The notes: generated by a model not told the origin, from the letters alone. A stretch of DNA of 63,213 nt, filler included, from Octopus bimaculoides (GCF_001194135.2; 6 parts of 6 records of this genome joined end to end with filler, not necessarily neighbours in it), one strand, 5' to 3'. Positions 37,810 through 51,769 are shown, numbered from the whole stretch's first letter. Numbers and translations: made by a program.

Positions 37810-38900
37810 TTGTCTCTCTACTTCCATTTATTTTGAATGTATGATCTGGCGTTGTTTTGGCGTTGTTTTGGCGTTGTTTCGAAACTGTTCGGTATGAGCA
37901 TGTGAATGTGTGCAAGCTCGTATGTGTGCACGCTCATATGACAGCCTATAATTGCTGGCAATATTGGCACCANNNNNNNNNNNNNNNNNNNNNNNNNNNN
38001 NNNNNNNNNNNNNNNNNNNNNNNNNNNNNNNNNNNNNNNNNNNNNNNNNNNNNNNNNNNNNNNNNNNNNNNNNNNNNNNNNNNNNNNNNNNNNNNNNNNN
38101 NNNNNNNNNNNNNNNNNNNNNNNNNNNNNNNNNNNNNNNNNNNNNNNNNNNNNNNNNNNNNNNNNNNNNNNNNNNNNNNNNNNNNNNNNNNNNNNNNNNN
38201 NNNNNNNNNNNNNNNNNNNNNNNNNNNNNNNNNNNNNNNNNNNNNNNNNNNNNNNNNNNNNNNNNNNNNNNNNNNNNNNNNNNNNNNNNNNNNNNNNNNN
38301 NNNNNNNNNNNNNNNNNNNNNNNNNNNNNNNNNNNNNNNNNNNNNNNNNNNNNNNNNNNNNNNNNNNNNNNNNNNNNNNNNNNNNNNNNNNNNNNNNNNN
38401 NNNNNNNNNNNNNNNNNNNNNNNNNNNNNNNNNNNNNNNNNNNNNNNNNNNNNNNNNNNNNNNNNNNNNNNNNNNNNNNNNNNNNNNNNNNNNNNNNNNN
38501 NNNNNNNNNNNNNNNNNNNNNNNNNNNNNNNNNNNNNNNNNNNNNNNNNNNNNNNNNNNNNNNNNNNNNNNNNNNNNNNNNNNNNNNNNNNNNNNNNNNN
38601 NNNNNNNNNNNNNNNNNNNNNNNNNNNNNNNNNNNNNNNNNNNNNNNNNNNNNNNNNNNNNNNNNNNNNNNNNNNNNNNNNNNNNNNNNNNNNNNNNNNN
38701 NNNNNNNNNNNNNNNNNNNNATGGACGCACATACTTACATATAAGCACGAACACATAAGTGCGTGCACACATATGAGCGTGCACACATACGAGCTTGCAC
38801 ACACTCACATGCTCATACCGAACAGTTTCGAAACAACGCCAAAACAACGCCAAAACAACGCCAGATCATACATTCAAAATAAATGGAAGTGGAGAGACAA

Positions 38901-38941
38901 GTTACTGAAGAGATTGCAAGAGTGCAATGAAATAATTTAAC
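38901..38941 (+). ncRNA. Compact type I hammerhead candidate
   Basis: GTTA-CTGAAGA-G-ATTGCA(AGAG)TGCAAT-GAAA-TAAT-T-TAAC: 4-bp stem I, 6-bp stem II, 2-bp quasi-palindromic stem III. Confidence 0.5.
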
Positions 38942-39592
38942 AAAAAAACTATATAAATCAATAAAGGACTGAACCAGTGCGTGTGTTTATTACCGGCATA
39001 ATGCCTCTCCCAAGGTTTAATTGTATATGTATATATTTATGCGTACTTTTGTGTCAGTGTTTGTTCTCCACCACCGCTTGACAACCGGTGTTGGAGTGTT
39101 TACGTTCTCATAACTTAGCGGTTCAGCCAAATAGACCGATAGAATAAGTACTAGGCTTTAAAAAATTCTGGGGTCAATTTGTTCAGGCGGTGCCCCAGCA
39201 TGGTAAAGTGACTAAAACAGGTAAAAGATAAAGATAAAAGATTTTATTTTGCTAAATAAAGTACTAACAAAATTTTTTATTAGTTTCATTTTGACCTAAT
39301 ATATATAGATTTACCTACAAGTGATGAAATATTTTATCATTAAACTGCGAGAAAACCTTAAAAAGGAATTTTTGATATTTCGAATTAGCATTACAAAAAT
39401 ATATAAAGTAACATATCATCAAAAGAATTTTCAAAAAGTTCCATTTCGCAAACTTGTGTCATATATATTATTATATACATATATAAAAGGGATTATATAC
39501 ATGTGTGTGTGTATGTTCGTGTATTTATACACACACAAACACATACATACTTGCTTACATACACAAACACACACACACACAAACATACACTC

Positions 39593-39662
<70 letters not shown>

Positions 39663-41474
39663 TCTCTCACACACACACACACACACACAAACATACACTC
39701 TCTTTCTCTCTCTCTCTCTCTCTCTCACACACAAACACACATACATACAGACACAGAAAGTACATGTGTCTGCGTTGAATGAGAACTTGTAATTTTTATG
39801 GTGATTCATTAATTGGGTTCCAGCAAAGGAAATATATGCTCTCTAGTAATGAGTTACAGAACCCACTAAAGTGCTACTTTAATAAAATAAAATAATTTTG
39901 AGCATTTAAGTGTTTTCCTTTTATGAAAATACCTTATCACTTCTTGAGTTTCTCAGTAAGTATGAGTAACACCATTTTGAACGTAAGTTAAATTCAACTG
40001 CTAGCAGTGGCCCGGAAACAAAATTTGCTTAGGGGGTGCAAACTCAGTTTCAAAATTTGGCACTACTGGAGAAGTGTGGATCCGAGTTCTGGGAGTGTGC
40101 ATGTCACAAATTTGCGCATGCGCCCGTATTAGTCGTAAGTAGTCAAATTTAGCACACAAGTAAAAAACGAGACGCTCGCTACTTGCTGTAAATGGAGGGT
40201 GGGTTATCCATCTAATACAAGAAGAAAATTGCAGATAAATTGAATAAAAACATGAAAAATAACAAAATGACATTTCATTGCAAAGTAAACCATTCTGAAA
40301 GATAGTTCAGAATGTTTTCAAAACATTCATCTCCAGCTTTTCCCATATTTTATTAAGGGTTAGGGATTAGGNNNNNNNNNNNNNNNNNNNNNNNNNNNNN
40401 NNNNNNNNNNNNNNNNNNNNNNNNNNNNNNNNNNNNNNNNNNNNNNNNNNNNNNNNNNNNNNNNNNNNNNNNNNNNNNNNNNNNNNNNNNNNNNNNNNNN
40501 NNNNNNNNNNNNNNNNNNNNNNNNNNNNNNNNNNNNNNNNNNNNNNNNNNNNNNNNNNNNNNNNNNNNNNNNNNNNNNNNNNNNNNNNNNNNNNNNNNNN
40601 NNNNNNNNNNNNNNNNNNNNNNNNNNNNNNNNNNNNNNNNNNNNNNNNNNNNNNNNNNNNNNNNNNNNNNNNNNNNNNNNNNNNNNNNNNNNNNNNNNNN
40701 NNNNNNNNNNNNNNNNNNNNNNNNNNNNNNNNNNNNNNNNNNNNNNNNNNNNNNNNNNNNNNNNNNNNNNNNNNNNNNNNNNNNNNNNNNNNNNNNNNNN
40801 NNNNNNNNNNNNNNNNNNNNNNNNNNNNNNNNNNNNNNNNNNNNNNNNNNNNNNNNNNNNNNNNNNNNNNNNNNNNNNNNNNNNNNNNNNNNNNNNNNNN
40901 NNNNNNNNNNNNNNNNNNNNNNNNNNNNNNNNNNNNNNNNNNNNNNNNNNNNNNNNNNNNNNNNNNNNNNNNNNNNNNNNNNNNNNNNNNNNNNNNNNNN
41001 NNNNNNNNNNNNNNNNNNNAACAGGCTGACCATTATATTGTCATAGAATGTGACCAAATGAAGTTCATTTTTAAATATTAGGATCTTTTCTGCTTGATTT
41101 CACCTTCTGAAATTTTAAAATTAAGCGAAAATTTTCAAATTTGATATATTGGTGTAATTTTTCCCGTTGAATCTGATGCTATTCACTTATTCCAGAAAAA
41201 CTTTAGAAAACTGTAATAGAAGTTTAAAGTTTGATCATTTTCCCCTCCATCAGAGAACAGGATATGGAAGTTGGCATTTTGTACAAGGTGACAACATTAC
41301 AATGTTAAAACATTCAACGATGGAAGTTTTAATAAAGTTTTCTGAAATGTTGGATAAACATACTGTTGGTTTAGNNNNNNNNNNNNNNNNNNNNNNNNNN
41401 NNNNNNNNNNNNNNNNNNTTAATTAATTAANNNNNNNNNNNNNNNNNNNNNNNNNNNNNNNNNNNNNNNNNNNN

Positions 41475-41527
<53 letters not shown>

Positions 41528-43172
41528 ATATGTGTGTGTGTGTGTGTATGTGTGTGTGTGTGTGTGTGTATCTGTGTACACGCGGATAAATAGATATAAA
41601 TATGTACTTAAAACCTCTCTTATAATGAGATATTTCTTAAGGAATAAGAACAGGGAATTATACATGTGCAAAAGTGGTGTATCATATGAAATCCTAAACA
41701 GAATTTCTTAACTTTCAGTACGGGTGTTTCTTCTCACAGAAAATAATGAAAAATATTTGAAAGAAACAAAAACGGAACCTAGTAGTCCTTTGGCAACAGC
41801 ATATTCCCTTCTAATTTCGTTAAGCAAGCATCTGCTTCAACTCCTCTGAATCTGCTGTCAGCACTGATTCTTTTAAACAGTTAGTCTTTACTCTTAGCTC
41901 TAAATGTGAGGAACTAGGTTCCACAAGAGAAGGACACAGCTGTAATTTTCTAATTTATAGAAACTTTCAGCTACTCTTATACTTGTTTCAGTCTCTCGAC
42001 TGCGGCCATGCTGGAGCACTCCCTGTAGTCGAACAAATCGACCCAGGAATTTATTCCTTAAAGCCTAGTAGTATTCTATAGGATTTTCTCCGAATCGCTA
42101 GGTTACGGGGACGTGAACACACCAACATCGGTTGTCAAGCAATGGTGGTGGAGAACATCACAGGCACACAAACATATACATGTATGCTTACTCGCTTTCT
42201 CTTTCCTTTTTATCTTTTTGTTTACTTTTCCGCGGTGATGATGTTCCGCTATTTAAAGTGGGATAATCAATTACTTACAATAACAACAAATATTATTATT
42301 GTAGTAATTAAACCTGACAATGCCTGTCAGATGAGATTTTCTCTTTTTATAACCAATAAATGATAATTGATGTTTAGCAATTATCAATTATCAATTTTAA
42401 TACCATTTCCTAATTTTTTTCCTTATGCATATACATATACATTTATATATATATATATATATATATATNNNNNNNNNNNNNNNNNNNNNNNNNNNNNNNN
42501 NNNNNNNNNNNNNNNNNNNNNNNNNNNNNNNNNNNNNNNNNNNNNNNNNNNNNNNNNNNNNNNNNNNNNNNNNNNNNNNNNNNNNNNNNNNNNNNNNNNN
42601 NNNNNNNNNNNNNNNNNNNNNNNNNNNNNNNNNNNNNNNNNNNNNNNNNNNNNNNNNNNNNNNNNNNNNNNNNNNNNNNNNNNNNNNNNNNNNNNNNNNN
42701 NNNNNNNNNNNNNNNNNNNNNNNNNNNNNNNNNNNNNNNNNNNNNNNNNNNNNNNNNNNNNNNNNNNNNNNNNNNNNNNNNNNNNNNNNNNNNNNNNNNN
42801 NNNNNNNNNNNNNNNNNNNNNNNNNNNNNNNNNNNNNNNNNNNNNNNNNNNNNNNNNNNNNNNNNNNNNNNNNNNNNNNNNNNNNNNNNNNNNNNNNNNN
42901 NNNNNNNNNNNNNNNNNNNNNNNNNNNNNNNNNNNNNNNNNNNNNNNNNNNNNNNNNNNNNNNNNNNNNNNNNNNNNNNNNNNNNNNNNNNNNNNNNNNN
43001 NNNNNNNNNNNNNNNNNNNNNNNNNNNNNNNNNNNNNNNNNNNNNNNNNNNNNNNNNNNNNNNNNNNNNNNNNNNNNNNNNNNNNNNNNNNNNNNNNNNN
43101 NNNNNNNNNNNNNNGGAAAAGAAGATATAAGATTTTGCCAGGTTTTTCTCTCTCACCAAGGTCATCAGCTGT

Positions 43173-43217
43173 CGAACGCCGAAGAAGGGAAATAACCCTG
43201 AAATCCGGATACGTTCG
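43173..43217 (+). ncRNA. Type I minimal hammerhead ribozyme (U4>C variant) within a long hairpin
   Basis: CGAACG-CCGAAGA-AGGG(AAATAA)CCCT-GAAA-TCCGGAT-A-CGTTCG: perfect 6-bp stem I, 4-bp stem II, palindromic ATCCGGAT stem III, predicted cleavage after AUA (43211). Confidence 0.7.
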
Positions 43218-44147
43218 TGCTGCTGGTCGTGGTGAGAGGGATAACTCCCTTGGCAAACAGGACACAGTCGTGTGTCGATAAGCCAGCTGGAGGAGATGTC
43301 CTCCTGGGGCTAAAAGCAACAGTAACATCCACCCCTAGGGGTCAGCCACACTTAAGTGGCAATATACTACACTTTATATATATATATATATTCGTATAAG
43401 CACGAAGAAATTTTTTCAACATGCTAACGTCAAACACATGGAATATTTACATAAAAGGACATAAAACTGTTTACCTGTACACCGTTACGCATATGTACAC
43501 TGGTAACACAGGCAATCACACTTACACCCACACACACAAGCACACACACATTTGTTAGTTCCTCGCGCTGCTGCCTCTCTTAGACATCAAATAATATATT
43601 CTCAATGCCCTCGGTGTGAAAATACAGGAAAGCAAGTCAAAGTCAAGTGAGACAACTCACGTCAAATTCCTTTCTTTTCGGATCGGTAGACACCGATGTT
43701 TCGGCTTTGTTTCGATTTGTCGGTCACTTAGAAAATATTTGATGTGAGTTGTCTCAGTTGGCGATGACTTGTTTCGGGTGATTTTACACCAAAGAGCATT
43801 TAGAATATATACTCTTACGCCTAAAACAACCATCGGACTGACGAACTAACAAAACACACATCTTGTATGTGTGTTCGACTCAGTTTGTTTACCTAGAACT
43901 GCTTCTAATTCATATTTGAATTTTTTCCGTGACATGAAATGTCGGGGCAACCAGCAGATGGCTCTTAAACCATTTAGCATATATTCATATCCTGTTAGAG
44001 TACTTACATCAAGCACATATATATGTGTATCATACTCCTTTCTCCATTTTATTTACACTTAAAATCGCTGTACCCCCTCTGCCTTCTTACTTCGAAGCTC
44101 TACCTACGCTACCAACGCCGCTGAAACCAAGGCCGCTATCTTCATTA

Positions 44148-44189
<42 letters not shown>

Positions 44190-45959
44190 NNNNNNNNNNN
44201 NNNNNNNNNNNNNNNNNNNNNNNNNNNNNNNNNNNNNNNNNNNNNNNNNNNNNNNNNNNNNNNNNNNNNNNNNNNNNNNNNNNNNNNNNNNNNNNNNNNN
44301 NNNNNNNNNNNNNNNNNNNNNNNNNNNNNNNNNNNNNNNNNNNNNNNNNNNNNNNNNNNNNNNNNNNNNNNNNNNNNNNNNNNNNNNNNNNNNNNNNNNN
44401 NNCTGATAGAAACTTTCATTGCCAAAAATACATATCTTTAAAAGAATTGTTGATTTCGTTCCAAAATTAGGTTCCAGAGTTATCTATTCATAAAAGGGAA
44501 TATTGTTTATTGCTTTAGCGCAAATGCTATTACATTGATTGGGAACATTCAGTTGCATCTTAACATTCTTTTTACTGCACCTTATTCTGCTCTAAGCAAC
44601 GTGTTATCGCTTCATGTTTTTTATTCCCCTTACAAATTGAAATCAGCTTGTGCTTTACCTTTATAGTTAAAGAAAATGCACGTTATGTTTTTCCTTTCAA
44701 AAACAGCATTGTTACATCTTTCTTCTATTAATTATTTGAATAGCCCTTAAATAAAAATTTACAATGGTATGTAACAATAAAGTGAAACTCCATTGTTTCA
44801 ATTCGAATAACAATGTTAGAGCGTTTCATTTTGAATATTATAGCTGTAATTTTATTGAAATCGTTGCATAGATATTTAGACAAATAACAACCCAAGATGT
44901 TGTTTGCGTTGATAAATTATGATTTAGTTAAAAACAGTTTTAGTCTTGAAGTAGTTTTAAATAAATATACTCCCTGTATTTGAAAGCAATTTTCCAATCG
45001 TTAACTTAGATGTCGTGTATACTCATTTTTAGATCAATATAAAGTGATAAACGCTAAATTTAATGGGAAGGTTTTATCTATAAACTATTAATAATTTATT
45101 GCTTACTATACTTTCTTTACTCTATGCACTTGCGTGTTTTTAAACATCTTCGTTTCTATAGAACTCCTATCCAATGTGTGGCAAGAATGATAAAATACTG
45201 TATCTCTGGTGACATTTTGCAAAGATTTACAATATATATATATATATANNNNNNNNNNNNNNNNNNNNNNNNNNNNNNNNNNNNNNNNNNNNNNNNNNNN
45301 NNNNNNNNNNNNNNNNNNNNNNNNNNNNNNNNNNNNNNNNNNNNNNNNNNNNNNNNNNNNNNNNNNNNNNNNNNNNNNNNNNNNNNNNNNNNNNNNNNNN
45401 NNNNNNNNNNNNNNNNNNNNNNNNNNNNNNNNNNNNNNNNNNNNNNNNNNNNNNNNNNNNNNNNNNNNNNNNNNNNNNNNNNNNNNNNNNNNNNNNNNNN
45501 NNNNNNNNNNNNNNNNNNNNNNNNNNNNNNNNNNNNNNNNNNNNNNNNNNNNNNNNNNNNNNNNNNNNNNNNNNNNNNNNNNNNNNNNNNNNNNNNNNNN
45601 NNNNNNNNNNNNNNNNNNNNNNNNNNNNNNNNNNNNNNNNNNNNNNNNNNNNNNNNNNNNNNNNNNNNNNNNNNNNNNNNNNNNNNNNNNNNNNNNNNNN
45701 NNNNNNNNNNNNNNNNNNNNNNNNNNNNNNNNNNNNNNNNNNNNNNNNNNNNNNNNNNNNNNNNNNNNNNNNNNNNNNNNNNNNNNNNNNNNNNNNNNNN
45801 NNNNNNNNNNNNNNNNNNNNNNNNNNNNNNNNNNNNNNNNNNNNNNNNNNNNNNNNNNNNNNNNNNNNNNNNNNNNNNNNNNNNNNNNNNNNNNNNNNNN
45901 NNNNNNNNNNNNNNNNNNNNNNNNNNNNNNNNNNNNNNNNNNNNNNNNNNNNNNNNNNN

Positions 45960-45994
<35 letters not shown>

Positions 45995-46134
45995 GTGTGT
46001 GTTTGAAAGAAAGTTTAAAAATGCAATTTTAAAGATGTTTATTCACTTCTCCGTTTTCACTTTTTTAGAAAATGATTGTCAGAAGTAAAATGTAAAGCTT
46101 TGTACGAGCTTCGTTGTGTTAAGTACTGGTTATT

Positions 46135-47351
46135 ACAAAAGTATTAAAAAACAGATATACATCATTTGATAATAATAATAAAAATGCTAAAAACAGTATA
46201 AAAGAAAGTATTTAAGAAAATAATCAGAACGGGACTCCAAAAAGTATTTTGAGTTCAATAAAAATCATATTTGTTTGGTAGTATATATACGCACAGAAGG
46301 GGATATATTTAAGAATTTACAAAAAATTTACATAACTACACACACATATATATATGCACCCTCACGCACACACACACGGTTGCTCACATACATACATACA
46401 CACACCACCACCAGGACAATTATAACAACACAACCATATTGAGACAGAAACACATTCACGTACACACACACACACACGTACATACACATTACACCCACAA
46501 CACAAAACACACAAAGATACACACTCACATAACCACGCACGTAAACAAACACATGCACACATGCGCACTCACAACACTTTGACAAACACTAATCACACAC
46601 ATACACACACACCACCAGGACAATTATAACAACACATGCATACTAAGACAGAGACACACACGCACTCACGCGCACACACACACATACGTACACACCCATA
46701 ATAACATCCCCACCAACGCAAAAAACACAAACATACACACGCACACACAGACGCACACATACACACACGCAAACGAACACATCCACACAGAGGCACACAC
46801 ACAGCACCCTCATGAATTCTAATGACACACATACACACAGACACAAACGTGAACACATATACACACACAATCCTAACAAATATAAAACATAAACACATGT
46901 ATATATACACACACACATAGAGTGTGCACAGAGAGAGAGAGAGACACTAAGAACATTCTGACCTCTAAGACCAGTCCCAAATCCCAATGAACCATGACAA
47001 ACTAGCCCAGAAACAAAAAAAAAGCCTCCGTTTAATTCCACATTGCTCTTCCTTGCCCGCCCCCCAACCAACATCACACACTGTCCCTTAAAATAGCAAA
47101 CATTCTTTATCTATACACAAGAGAAAATGTCGGAAAGACAGGTCAGTTATTCCTCTACAGTTTTTTGAAAATTCTTAAATATATCTCCTTCTGTGTATAT
47201 ATATACTAACAAACCAACATGATTTTTAATGAACTCAAAATACAATTTGGAGTCCCGTTCTGATTACTTTCTTAAATACTTTCTTGTAAACTGCTTTTAA
47301 CATTTTCATATTATGATCAAAGAATGTATATCTTTATTTTAATACGTTTGT
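46135..47351. repeat. Diverged inverted repeat (about 190-bp arms) around a CA-rich spacer
   Basis: 46135-46327 aligns with the reverse complement of 47159-47351 at roughly 80% by eye. Confidence 0.7.
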
Positions 47352-48553
47352 GGGGTTTGGCGATGGGTATTAATGGAGGATGGTGTGATGCATTTTTTTT
47401 TGTCTGTCGGTGTTTTGTGTATTTGTTTTCTTTGTATGGAGAGGTGGTCTGGGGCGTGGGAATTTTCTTCTTGTAAGTAACCGTGGTAAAATCCATCCCT
47501 TTGCGATGTCTTGTGTCTTTTCTTCTTGTCTCTTTCTTTCCTCTGCTGTTTGTTTTGTTGATTGTTTTTCTTCTCACTCCTTACCTTTTCTCTTTTCAGG
47601 TTCTTTTTCTTTTGAGGGAGGGACTTCATCCTTTTTTTTTCTTTTTCTGTTCGCACTCCGAACGGACGTGACCCTTCACGCCACATTTAAAACAGCGGGG
47701 CCTCTCACACTAGCGCCTCCCCCATGTATATCCTATCGAGCAATCCTTCCAAAATTTCTGGAGAGAGGCTGTGTGTAGAGGAGTACAACATAGGAGACAC
47801 GGGGGTGAGAGGAATTGTGAAATTAATCATTCGCGGATTACATCGAAGGGTATAATTAGGGAGAGACTTATAAGATTTGGAATCGTAAATGTAAAGGAAA
47901 AACAGAATGTTCTTCTTTTCGTAAAATTTCACTTGATTGAAAAGTAAATTTAAAGCGCAGAGCCTCAGAAGATTTATATATAAAAACACGTTTAGTAAAT
48001 TAATTAGTTAATTAATTAACTAAATAATTAATTAAGTATTCAATTACTGCTTTCCTGGAAAACTACATATATGTAAATCAGACACCTTTGTGTATACATA
48101 AGAAAATAATGCCGCACGCAGATTTGCTTAAGGTAAACATAAACGTTCTTACCTCAAAATGTTGATGACTTTCGACAGATCGTAATAGCCAAAAGACAAA
48201 AAATTGTATATATATATGATTTTTTTAAACCACATACTCTCTAAGAGAATCGAGGGTTTACCATAAAATTAAGGAAGTTTCAGACATTTGGCAATGTTTG
48301 ATTTGATTACGGTTCATTTGCTACGCGTGAGTAAAAAAAAAAAAAACATGCTTCATGATTTTGAAACTTTTCCACGACAAATTTATCTAGTGTTTCAGTG
48401 TTTTTGTAGCGCATGGTATTACCTTGTGATAGAATAAAGATTGATTTCCACGAAGTATTAACGATTTTCTTCGCAAATTTCTTAAAGATTTGCCGGACGC
48501 AGTGAATACACGTGCTATCAGCATGCCATCATCCTGTACACACACACACACAC

Positions 48554-48584
<31 letters not shown>

Positions 48585-48900
48585 TACACAAACACACAAA
48601 CACAGACACACACTCACAATGTATATATGTATATATCTCTCGTGTTATATATATGTGTGTGAGTGTTTGTGTGTGCTAATGTGTGTTGATAATTTATAAT
48701 GCCGAGTTTATGTCCCCATAACTTCGTATTCGTCACAAGGGACCAAATGAAGTAGTACTAGGCTTAAAACAAACAACAACAAAAACAACAAACCCCCCCA
48801 AAAAAAACATGTCCTACTTTCGAATTGTTCGAATAAAAATGCATAATGATATAATAGATATTATAGATAACTATATAGATATGTATGTGTGTGTGAGCGT

Positions 48901-48955
<55 letters not shown>

Positions 48956-50164
48956 ATTTCCGAATCAGTTTTTTCTTACGAATCATTTGTATATTTGTAT
49001 ACAACATGAAGCAGCATCGGAAGGTATTAACATTTTAGGACCGCTGCTAATAAAGCCTGCGGTACAATTCACAGGAATGTGGTGTAGATTCGACATTCGG
49101 TCACATTATCGTGACCTATTCTATACATAAGAGACCTATGTCCGTAGTATGTACGTACGTACGTATGTATGTATGTATGTATGTGTTTATGTATGCATGT
49201 ATGCATAAAATCTTCAAAATTAAAAAAAAAACTCTTGCGCAATGTCGATAAAATGACGTCTACGCATATATTTCGAAAATTCCTGTGTGATACAGCAACA
49301 TCATCCTCGCAACAAAAGAACAAAAGAAAAAATCTGAAGCAAGGAGGAAAGTTTCGGAGATATATGAAGACGTTATAGATATGGCAAACTTATGGATTAA
49401 TGTCGTGTAACAGCGGGAAAAAACAGCAGAATGCTTAACAAGCACAAATTATATTTGCTTTAACATGGATCCTATTTTTATTTTGTTTATCCCATAGCGA
49501 AAAAGTTTTTGGTACGCTTCTTTAATATTTTTAATATATTTTTATCTATCTATATATGAATATATGTATATACATCTGAGATCGGANNNNNNNNNNNNNN
49601 NNNNNNNNNNNNNNNNNNNNNNNNNNNNNNNNNNNNNNNNNNNNNNNNNNNNNNNNNNNNNNNNNNNNNNNNNNNNNNNNNNNNNNNNNNNNNNNNNNNN
49701 NNNNNNNNNNNNNNNNNNNNNNNNNNNNNNNNNNNNNNNNNNNNNNNNNNNNNNNNNNNNNNNNNNNNNNNNNNNNNNNNNNNNNNNNNNNNNNNNNNNN
49801 NNNNNNNNNNNNNNNNNNNNNNNNNNNNNNNNNNNNNNNNNNNNNNNNNNNNNNNNNNNNNNNNNNNNNNNNNNNNNNNNNNNNNNNNNNNNNNNNNNNN
49901 NNNNNNNNNNNNNNNNNNNNNNNNNNNNNNNNNNNNNNNNNNNNNNNNNNNNNNNNNNNNNNNNNNNNNNNNNNNNNNNNNNNNNNNNNNNNNNNNNNNN
50001 NNNNNNNNNNNNNNNNNNNNNNNNNNNNNNNNNNNNNNNNNNNNNNNNNNNNNNNNNNNNNNNNNNNNNNNNNNNNNNNNNNNNNNNNNNNNNNNNNNNN
50101 NNNNNNNNNNNNNNNNNNNNNNNNNNNNNNNNNNNNNNNNNNNNNNNNNNNNNNNNNNNNNNNN

Positions 50165-50203
<39 letters not shown>

Positions 50204-50552
50204 AGCACATACATATATACATGCATGCAATACATACATGCATACATATATACACTCATATATATGAACGGACACATACATATAGATTGAAAGAGGCAAT
50301 TCGAGGCAGAGATAGTAAAAAAGTATATTTCCAGCTGTTAAGAATTCACACCAGACTTTTTATCGTAAGCCTCAATTCTGCATAAAACTGCAATACATAA
50401 TGTTACATTATGTATCCAAAACTTTTCTATAATTTTGTATGCTGTCTTATTTTTGCACAGTCGCATTGGAAAAGTCCGAATATTTTTTCCAACAATTTTT
50501 AAATTTGAAGATGTATGTCTATGTATGTGTGAGCATATGTCTGTGTGTGTGT

Positions 50553-51330
50553 ATACGAGTTGTACTCCGTAATTTTAAGAGAAGCATTTTTATGTCTCCT
50601 ATATTATTGTAAGTTTCGTATATTATTACTATACAATAATCTGAGTTCTCACCTTGTGTTATTCCAGATTTAACTTACTCTATCAAACACTGCTTGTCAA
50701 TTGTTTTAACTTAACCCGGGCAAGAATGTTACACAAACTAACGAAAGACTCCAAACTGCATAAGGATTGATGTTTTGCTAGCAAAAGAGGTTCCAAGATG
50801 CTGAGAGGTGTCTTACAGAGAGTAGGTTTAAAGCTGTTTGAAAACATTCGCAGTTTTCTGGAAGATCACCGTCTATCTATAATGTCAGCAAGCATAGAGT
50901 TTGGAGTTAATGTAGCAACTGTACAGTGATTTATTTATGAAGATCTGAACTTGCACGAAATTGACAAGTTTGCCTCGTTGCTAAGTGACGTAAATCCTGA
51001 TATGCGACTCCTTGACACAGATGGGCATTGCCACTCTCCCATACCCTCCCCACATTCCGGATGTTACTCCTGTCACATTTGATTGTTCTCCAAGCAGGGG
51101 GAAACTTCAATGGCAATTGTTCTTAAGATGAAGGACGATAAAGCAAGAGTTTTAAACAGCTTCATTTTAAATAACTTCCATGATCCTTTCCCAAAGTAGT
51201 TGTCGCCCTACAAAATTGCATTGACGTTCTACTTTCAAAGAGATGAAAGGTCAGTACTTCATTGAAAATAATAAATGTCTTTTCTTTAAAGAAGTCCGAC
51301 AACTCTCGGAATGCACATTGTGCATTAATT
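50553..51330 (+). mobile_element. Highly decayed, internally deleted mariner element
   Basis: Starts TACGAG. Remnants include EDHRLSI..ATVQ..EDL, LPYPPHIPDVTP (YSPDLAP-like) and a CID..YF tail. Confidence 0.5.
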
Positions 51331-51363
51331 CAGATTGTGTGTTATATGTTAGCTGGTATACAT

Positions 51364-51396
<33 letters not shown>

Positions 51397-51714
51397 NNNN
51401 NNNNNNNNNNNNNNNNNNNNNNNNNNNNNNNNNNNNNNNNNNNNNNNNNNNNNNNNNNNNNNNNNNNNNNNNNNNNNNNNNNNNNNNNNNNNNNNACCAG
51501 AAACAACTCGAGTCCGTGTGTATCACGTAAGTGCTGGCGATGGGAGCGATGGCCTCCCCTCGCAAGTACTAATCAGACACAGAATGTGTGTCGTTAGTCA
51601 GCTGGAAGAGATGTCGTTTTGGGACTCTAAACGACAGTAGCACTCTCCCGTATAGGACGCCACACTTTATTGCTACTATTTACATCTCGCTCAGAGATTT
51701 AATATAGGATATAA

Positions 51715-51769
<55 letters not shown>

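Larger units (their letters stand above)
37695..39016. mobile_element. Outward-facing inverted repeat (about 246-bp arms around a gap), each arm carrying a compact hammerhead motif
   Basis: Arms 37695-37940 and 38770-39016 differ at about 4 positions, so they are probably not a read artefact. Confidence 0.75.

Noticed and set aside
37691-39020. piggyBac MITE with TTAA target duplication, or Tc1-like TA|CAATT ends
   Set aside because: TTAA flanks both ends, but it lies within an inverted repeat that extends further, and the ends lack the CCC..GGG signature. Asymmetric inner ends and HHR motifs fit a PLE inversion better. Not fully excluded until the gap is filled.
40355-40371. Telomeric TTAGGG-like repeats
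   Set aside because: Only about three imperfect units at a gap edge. Such runs are common inside DNA-transposon MITEs, and there is no evidence of an interstitial telomere.
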